This document shows, piece by piece, positions 35,001-38,950 of a DNA stretch of 38,950 nt (position 1 is its first letter; every line of letters begins with the position of its first letter). The position numbers were made by a program, and so were the translations under genes. This stretch comes from Protoeuglena noctilucae (lineage: Eukaryota). The DNA lies in the NCBI GenBank assembly GCA_958009085.1, contig OY253692.1:62001-100950 (forward strand), given 5' to 3'. The notes below the pieces were generated by a model. That model searched no databases and had not been told where the DNA came from. It worked only from the letters and a program-made list of their open reading frames with translations.

Positions 35001-36090
35001 TGCTAATGTTTTTTTTTATTTTCTAGATGATCTTACAAAAACTACAAATAAAATAGATTTATATCGATCTTTAAAATATTCAAATCAAGAAAATATAATT
35101 AATGAAATAAAAAATAACATCGAAACTTTTAAACCTAATTCAGCTGATTTATTCTTTTCCATTATAATTTTGTTGGCGGGGAAAGCTAGTGAATTTTTAT
35201 TTTTATATTCAATTTCTAAAGAGGATAGTAATCTTTCCCTAAAAAAAGATCCTACTTCTCTTCAAAAGGATTACCCAAATACGTTTGGAAATATACAGGG
35301 AAAATTTGCTTTCGAGTCCCAACCAATTTCTTCTTTAGAAGAAGCTACTGAATCGTCGTCTCAAACTATGGAATCTGAAAATCCACTAACATCTTCTATG
35401 GAAACTGTTGATGAACTATCTGTTCAAAAGACTAAAGAATTTTCTAAAGAAAATCTTGAAAATAGTACTCAAGAAATACCAAAAATTGATCAGGATAAAA
35501 ACGATTTTTGTTTTGATGTAAGAATACAACAGATCTTACAAAACTCGAAGAGAGTTACAACTATCGGTGATTTAGACCTTTATAAAGCGAATCTTCTCGG
35601 CGATATTTATGTAAAAATTTTAAAACTAAATAACATTGATATTTGGGAGGACAATTCTGCTTTTTCTTCGAAAACTCAAACAAAAAATCTTAATCTTAAT
35701 TCTTCTTTTGAAATGAAGAAAGAGCAACTTTTAAACTTTGAAAACAAACAAATATGGAATACAAAAAGTTTATGGCTAAATGTTTTAGGAAATTCTTTTC
35801 AAAACCTTGAAAACAAAAAATGGTCACGTCTACATCTCTCAAATCCAGAAAATACTATTTTTAATGAAGAAATTATATTTTCTGACCTTTTTAAAACATT
35901 ACAACAAAATTCAAAAGTTAAGATTGAAAACCAAATAGAATTAAAAAGTTTACTAAAAAATTCTACTGATGTAAGTTTACAAAATATTTTATATTTAGCT
36001 TTTTCGTATACATTTTTATTTTTGGAAGATTCTCGAAATGAACTTGATTTTGAAGTTTATAATTTTCTAAAAAAAGAAAAATTTCTTTAA
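32095..36090 (+). CDS. ftsH: Plastid-encoded FtsH/Ycf2-like AAA ATPase
   Basis: 1331 aa; LLVGPPGTGKT, FIDEMD, LTQLLVELDG and GATNRRETLDPALIRPGRF (second region of homology); long divergent N-terminus. Confidence 0.9.
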   Translation: MSTLKKKNQNLQKKTQIYQLKDIRQSFKTKIYSSFQQFFDWKSVVALIPIIFSFYPYSSKQSFKNYIGTNLTSFTDNKNIKFPIEIYKYKKLFFYDSLVQKNLKNEINTEKNKYQFDMLLDVLLFNKTFVFDNSTLPLKIGSFLNNTKEKDQTNKTIFQLRTLKQLNFSQKKTNRTILQKKLSIANLQNLDSFSLYYFLKKQNIKLKYTLQSIEDKEKSLILNSGNFYWNLFFQNSFMKSFDSTIAFPSGAKKNKDETFPLLKQSIQDFFFTSKPKIIEKTILTKTPKVEIKSSSKNLNYVLKLNEENNDIIFQNPKLLSKIIYLIISENELQDSSFDFFGGTIKKRKKFISLPPFLNVNENVYIQDLKYTYSPNTKISKDWEFLKASSKEENSKNSTIIRELKNRFGDQLFYSTRQYSKPTTKTIVEISVDSNSIKEFNTKFFTNYDPKLTISIDIPFYWDCFTNDNTKKNIINFLDINKKFITNEKEKIFFLTNQNLLPFSNQELINDFYQYYPNLFKSSDTSNIIVKNKEYLRELFFISFTQISICFYLFYLLRKVYKSYQYELGFYLLEFASRLNLYDEDIKSIINEVYENGNIRIFRKFNVSFLALGGMIELLPKFSETVWFLKNQCRPSKNGALIPKAILLVGPPGTGKTLLVKTIGAEAKVPVLIQSGNTILEDSEGISKLQEAFQKAREMAPCVLFIDEMDTIGSKRIELELTNIQEQSVVKNQLKLKFEDLETTVLKNKKNENVFSNPINSGQQVNALTQLLVELDGIEKRQGFVVFGATNRRETLDPALIRPGRFNEVIEIGLPDLKKRIEILKIYTKKLGFVEKIDWNTYGKLTLNYSAADLATIVNRSAIQSILNNQKHSNVSLYKALKNQKSDDLSFSINKLNKTLNKKNSLSDQFFHLNPWVLQMTYYEIGHSLFKQKLIDFLNSQNKTNFNQLTPENVNLSLEKRLDQRSETSFANVFFYFLDDLTKTTNKIDLYRSLKYSNQENIINEIKNNIETFKPNSADLFFSIIILLAGKASEFLFLYSISKEDSNLSLKKDPTSLQKDYPNTFGNIQGKFAFESQPISSLEEATESSSQTMESENPLTSSMETVDELSVQKTKEFSKENLENSTQEIPKIDQDKNDFCFDVRIQQILQNSKRVTTIGDLDLYKANLLGDIYVKILKLNNIDIWEDNSAFSSKTQTKNLNLNSSFEMKKEQLLNFENKQIWNTKSLWLNVLGNSFQNLENKKWSRLHLSNPENTIFNEEIIFSDLFKTLQQNSKVKIENQIELKSLLKNSTDVSLQNILYLAFSYTFLFLEDSRNELDFEVYNFLKKEKFL

Positions 36091-36429
36091 ATGCCGAAAA
36101 AGGTTTCAGATTCGTTTTTTTTTCACCACTAAAAATTATATTTAAATAAATTTGTACTAAACTTTCGAACAAACAAAAATTGTAAATCGAGAATTTAGTA
36201 TCGAAAACTTTACGAATTCTTTCTCTTTCTTTTTGCTTGAAAAACGTTTTTAGTAAGAGTCTGTTCGTATTATTAGTTTGCTTGTCCTAAATCCCCAAAG
36301 GATTTAGGAACAAAAGAGTAAAGTATTTTATTTATTCTGTTTTTTACTTATGTCATTCACCCGCTAAAGATCTACGATGATTTTCGAATCTTTGTAATTC
36401 TTTATATTAAAAAATTTTCGAAACAAAAA

Positions 36430-37560
36430 ATGAAAAAACAAAAAGAAAACGAAAAACTACTTCAAGGATTTTCTAGTGGGCAAGACTCATTCTTTTACTT
36501 GTTTTTTTTATTACATTATATAAAACAATATAATTTTTGTTATGTTGCAAGTTATAAAAGTCATGATACTCAAACCAACATTTTTTATACCGAATTTCAT
36601 TGTTTCAAAATTTTTTCTTTAATCTCTTTGCCTTTTTTGAATAGTTTGTTTTTTCTTTATTTTTCTAAAAAAAAAGAAAATAAAAAATCCTATTCAGAGT
36701 TAAAATTAAAAGAATTTCGGTATGATTTATGGCTTAGAGAATTAACCTATTATCAGTACAACAGCTTATGTATAAATCATACACAGAATGATTTTTTTGA
36801 ATCAAAATTAGTAGATTTTTTTAAAAAATCAGTTTTTTATAATTTATCAATGCCTACATATTTACATTTTAATGACTTGTATAGTATATGGCCAAAAAAA
36901 ACTTTTTATAAAACAAAAAAGATCAAATTAAATTTATCGAAATTTTTTTTTTCTAAAATAAAAAAGTCGACAACAAACAGTTTCCAATCTAGATTAATTG
37001 AAAAAGATCTCATCAGAACTTCATTTAAGAAAAATGTTTTTAGGGGAAATTTTGTACAAATTATTTTGTGGAAAAATAAAATTTCTTTTTCACAGCCAAT
37101 TTTAGATCCATCAAAAGTAATTAAAAAGTCTATAGTTTCAAAGAAAAGACTTCAAACAACAAATTCTGTTTTATTAAATTCGAGTTCTAGACCTTCAATT
37201 AGGGGAAAAAGCATTTTTACAATTTCTAGACCATTAAAAAACTTATCTCGTTTTCAGATTGTTTTTGTAAATAAAGTTCTTAGACTTCCAAATCAAAATG
37301 ATCACACTAATTTTCTTATTTCTTATTTACATAATTGTTGTCGACATGAAATAATTCCAATTCTAAAAAATCGGTTGGGCTCAAATCTTGAAAAAACTTT
37401 TTCACATTATAATAATACAGAACAAACAATTCTTTGTTTTGAAGAAAATTTGTTAGACAATCTTTATTTCTTTAGCCAAATAAGCGCAATGAGCTTTATT
37501 GTTTTTTTTAATCCAAAAATGAAATCGAATAAAGAAAAAATTCTTTTTTTTTTTAAATAA
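36430..37560 (+). CDS. tilS: tRNA(Ile)-lysidine synthase-like (Ycf62), highly divergent
   Basis: Ordered remnants of TilS motifs: GFSSGQDS (PP-loop), EFRY, NHTQNDFFES, ISRPL, P..NDHTN and HNCCRHEIIPIL. Confidence 0.8.
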   Translation: MKKQKENEKLLQGFSSGQDSFFYLFFLLHYIKQYNFCYVASYKSHDTQTNIFYTEFHCFKIFSLISLPFLNSLFFLYFSKKKENKKSYSELKLKEFRYDLWLRELTYYQYNSLCINHTQNDFFESKLVDFFKKSVFYNLSMPTYLHFNDLYSIWPKKTFYKTKKIKLNLSKFFFSKIKKSTTNSFQSRLIEKDLIRTSFKKNVFRGNFVQIILWKNKISFSQPILDPSKVIKKSIVSKKRLQTTNSVLLNSSSRPSIRGKSIFTISRPLKNLSRFQIVFVNKVLRLPNQNDHTNFLISYLHNCCRHEIIPILKNRLGSNLEKTFSHYNNTEQTILCFEENLLDNLYFFSQISAMSFIVFFNPKMKSNKEKILFFFK

Positions 37561-37847
37561 TTATTTTCATTTAAATTTTTCAAAAAAAGAATTCATTTTT
37601 TTATGTAAAAAAATAAACTTTAAAACTTTTATTGTTTTAAGATCAAAAAACCCACAAATATTACTTTCAAACAACTTTTTAATTCTTTTTTTTCAAAAAT
37701 AAAACTTTATTTTTTTATTTTTGTTCTATCAGCGTCTGCAAAAGTTCTTAATCTATTTAAAATCGAAATAACGAAAAACTTTCTAATTGAAATTAGAGTG
37801 AAAGAAGGTAATCTCTTAAAGTATTTTCTAAAAAACTTTACAAACTT

Positions 37848-37919
37848 TGGGCTACCTGGGATTTGAACCCAGAACTAATCAGTTAAAAGCCGAGTACTCT
37901 ACCATTGAGTTAGTAACCC
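37848..37919 (-). tRNA. trnK-UUU: tRNA-Lys(UUU), intron-less
   Basis: GGGTTACTAACTCAATGGTAGAGTACTCGGCTTTTAACTGA..GTAGCCCA. Confidence 0.96.
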
Positions 37920-38265
37920 TTTTTCTAAGCTTACTTAACAGAGTATACTGATTTTATTAGTAATGAGCAATGCATAACGTTTTTGTTTATGAAATACATG
38001 TAATTTAAAAAGTCAATTTAAGACTTGTATATGACTAAAAACAAAAATTTTAATATACGAAAATAGTAGAATATTTGTTCTCTCCTTTTTGTATTGTGTT
38101 ATAATTATGTTATAACCTACTTAAAGTAATAAAAACATTTCAAAGCTCTTTTTTCATAATTTTCTGATAGTAGAATCAAAAATGACTACTAGTTTTTTTT
38201 AGGAGAAAAAAGGTTTTGAAATTTTTTTTACTGAAAAATAACTATAACTCACAGGAAAATTCTTT

Positions 38266-38400
38266 ATGATTTCTATTCTTTTAGCAAAATTACCGGAAGC
38301 ATACGCTCCTTTTGACCCGCTTGTTGATGTTCTTCCAGTTATTCCAGTTCTTTTCTTATTACTTGCGTTTGTTTGGCAAGCTTCTGTTAGTTTTCGTTAA
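38266..38400 (+). CDS. psbK: Photosystem II protein K
   Basis: Hand translation [44 protein letters not shown]. Confidence 0.98.
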   Translation: MISILLAKLPEAYAPFDPLVDVLPVIPVLFLLLAFVWQASVSFR

Positions 38401-38527
38401 TAATTATCAAAAACTTTCGAGTTCAAGATTGCTTTAAAATTTCTTTGACTTTTTTGGTTTATTCATACACTGTATGAATAAAAAGGAATTTATCATAAAA
38501 AAAAAAACGTTTCTTTTTATTAAAACT

Positions 38528-38629
38528 ATGAATTTTGAAATATTTTTTCAGTTATTTTCTATTCTATTAATTTCAGTAGCTGGACCTTTAGTTATTGTTC
38601 TTCTTTTTAGTCGTGGTGGTAATTTGTAA
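38528..38629 (+). CDS. ycf12: Photosystem II Psb30/Ycf12
   Basis: Hand translation MNFEIFFQLFSILLISVAGPLVIVLLFSRGGNL*. Confidence 0.95.
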   Translation: MNFEIFFQLFSILLISVAGPLVIVLLFSRGGNL

Positions 38630-38701
38630 AAAAAAAAAATAAATTACAATATTTAGATTTGATTTAAAAAATTTTTACAAAAGAAAAAAGGAAAAAACAA
38701 T

Positions 38702-38797
38702 ATGTCAATCACAGATAGTCAAGTTTTTCTGGCTTTATTTATCGCCTTAATTACAGGTGTTCTAGCTGTTCGTTTAGGAACAGAATTATATCGTTAA
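38702..38797 (+). CDS. psaM: Photosystem I subunit XII
   Basis: Hand translation [31 protein letters not shown]. Confidence 0.96.
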   Translation: MSITDSQVFLALFIALITGVLAVRLGTELYR

Positions 38798-38803
38798 TTT
38801 TTT

Positions 38804-38879
38804 TTACTTAATCTCTTAATAAAAAAGCTTTTTAACACTAAAAATATCGACTAAATTTTCTTATTAAGAGATTAAGTAA
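38804..38879. terminator. 3' stem-loop after psaM
   Basis: TTACTTAATCTCTTAATAA...TTATTAAGAGATTAAGTAA, 19-bp inverted repeat. Confidence 0.7.
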
Positions 38880-38950
38880 TTTTTTGCTACTTGTGTATAT
38901 AAATTTTTTTTGTATAATAAAATGAGTAATTATGGAATTATAATTTTTTC

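Noticed and set aside
38922..38950. Possible ORF start ATGAGTAATTATGGA at the right edge
   Set aside because: Too little sequence to identify.

Overview
This is a 39-kb, very AT-rich segment of a green-algal (chlorophyte) chloroplast genome with no introns seen. Gene order: rpoC2 (partial)-rpoC1-rpoB, trnC, psbC-psbD, petG-petL-petA, psaI, chlI, trnV-trnT, psbI, trnR(CCG), ycf3, trnI(CAU), rbcL, atpB-atpE-rps4, trnS-trnL, trnY-trnR, accD, cysA, trnG, trnH, psbJ-L-F-E, psbZ, ftsH, tilS, trnK, psbK-ycf12-psaM. The gene set and compactness suggest a pedinophyte- or trebouxiophyte-like plastome; this is inference and the taxon is not determined. Two bacterial-type housekeeping ncRNA genes sit in apparent spacers and are invisible to the ORF track. 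The first is a compact 262-nt tmRNA (ssrA, 20373-20634, -) with a G3.U70 Ala acceptor stem and a proteolysis-tag frame GNNILKFSRQTAVAV*. The second is an SRP RNA (ffs, about 11597-11691, -) with a GGAA-tetraloop domain IV and its own sigma70-type promoter. Other points of interest are a degenerate-looking TilS alongside AUA=Ile usage, an FtsH without its HExxH motif, and two unexplained GC-richer multi-stem elements upstream of atpB and psbJ. All structures were read by eye; nothing was computed or searched.
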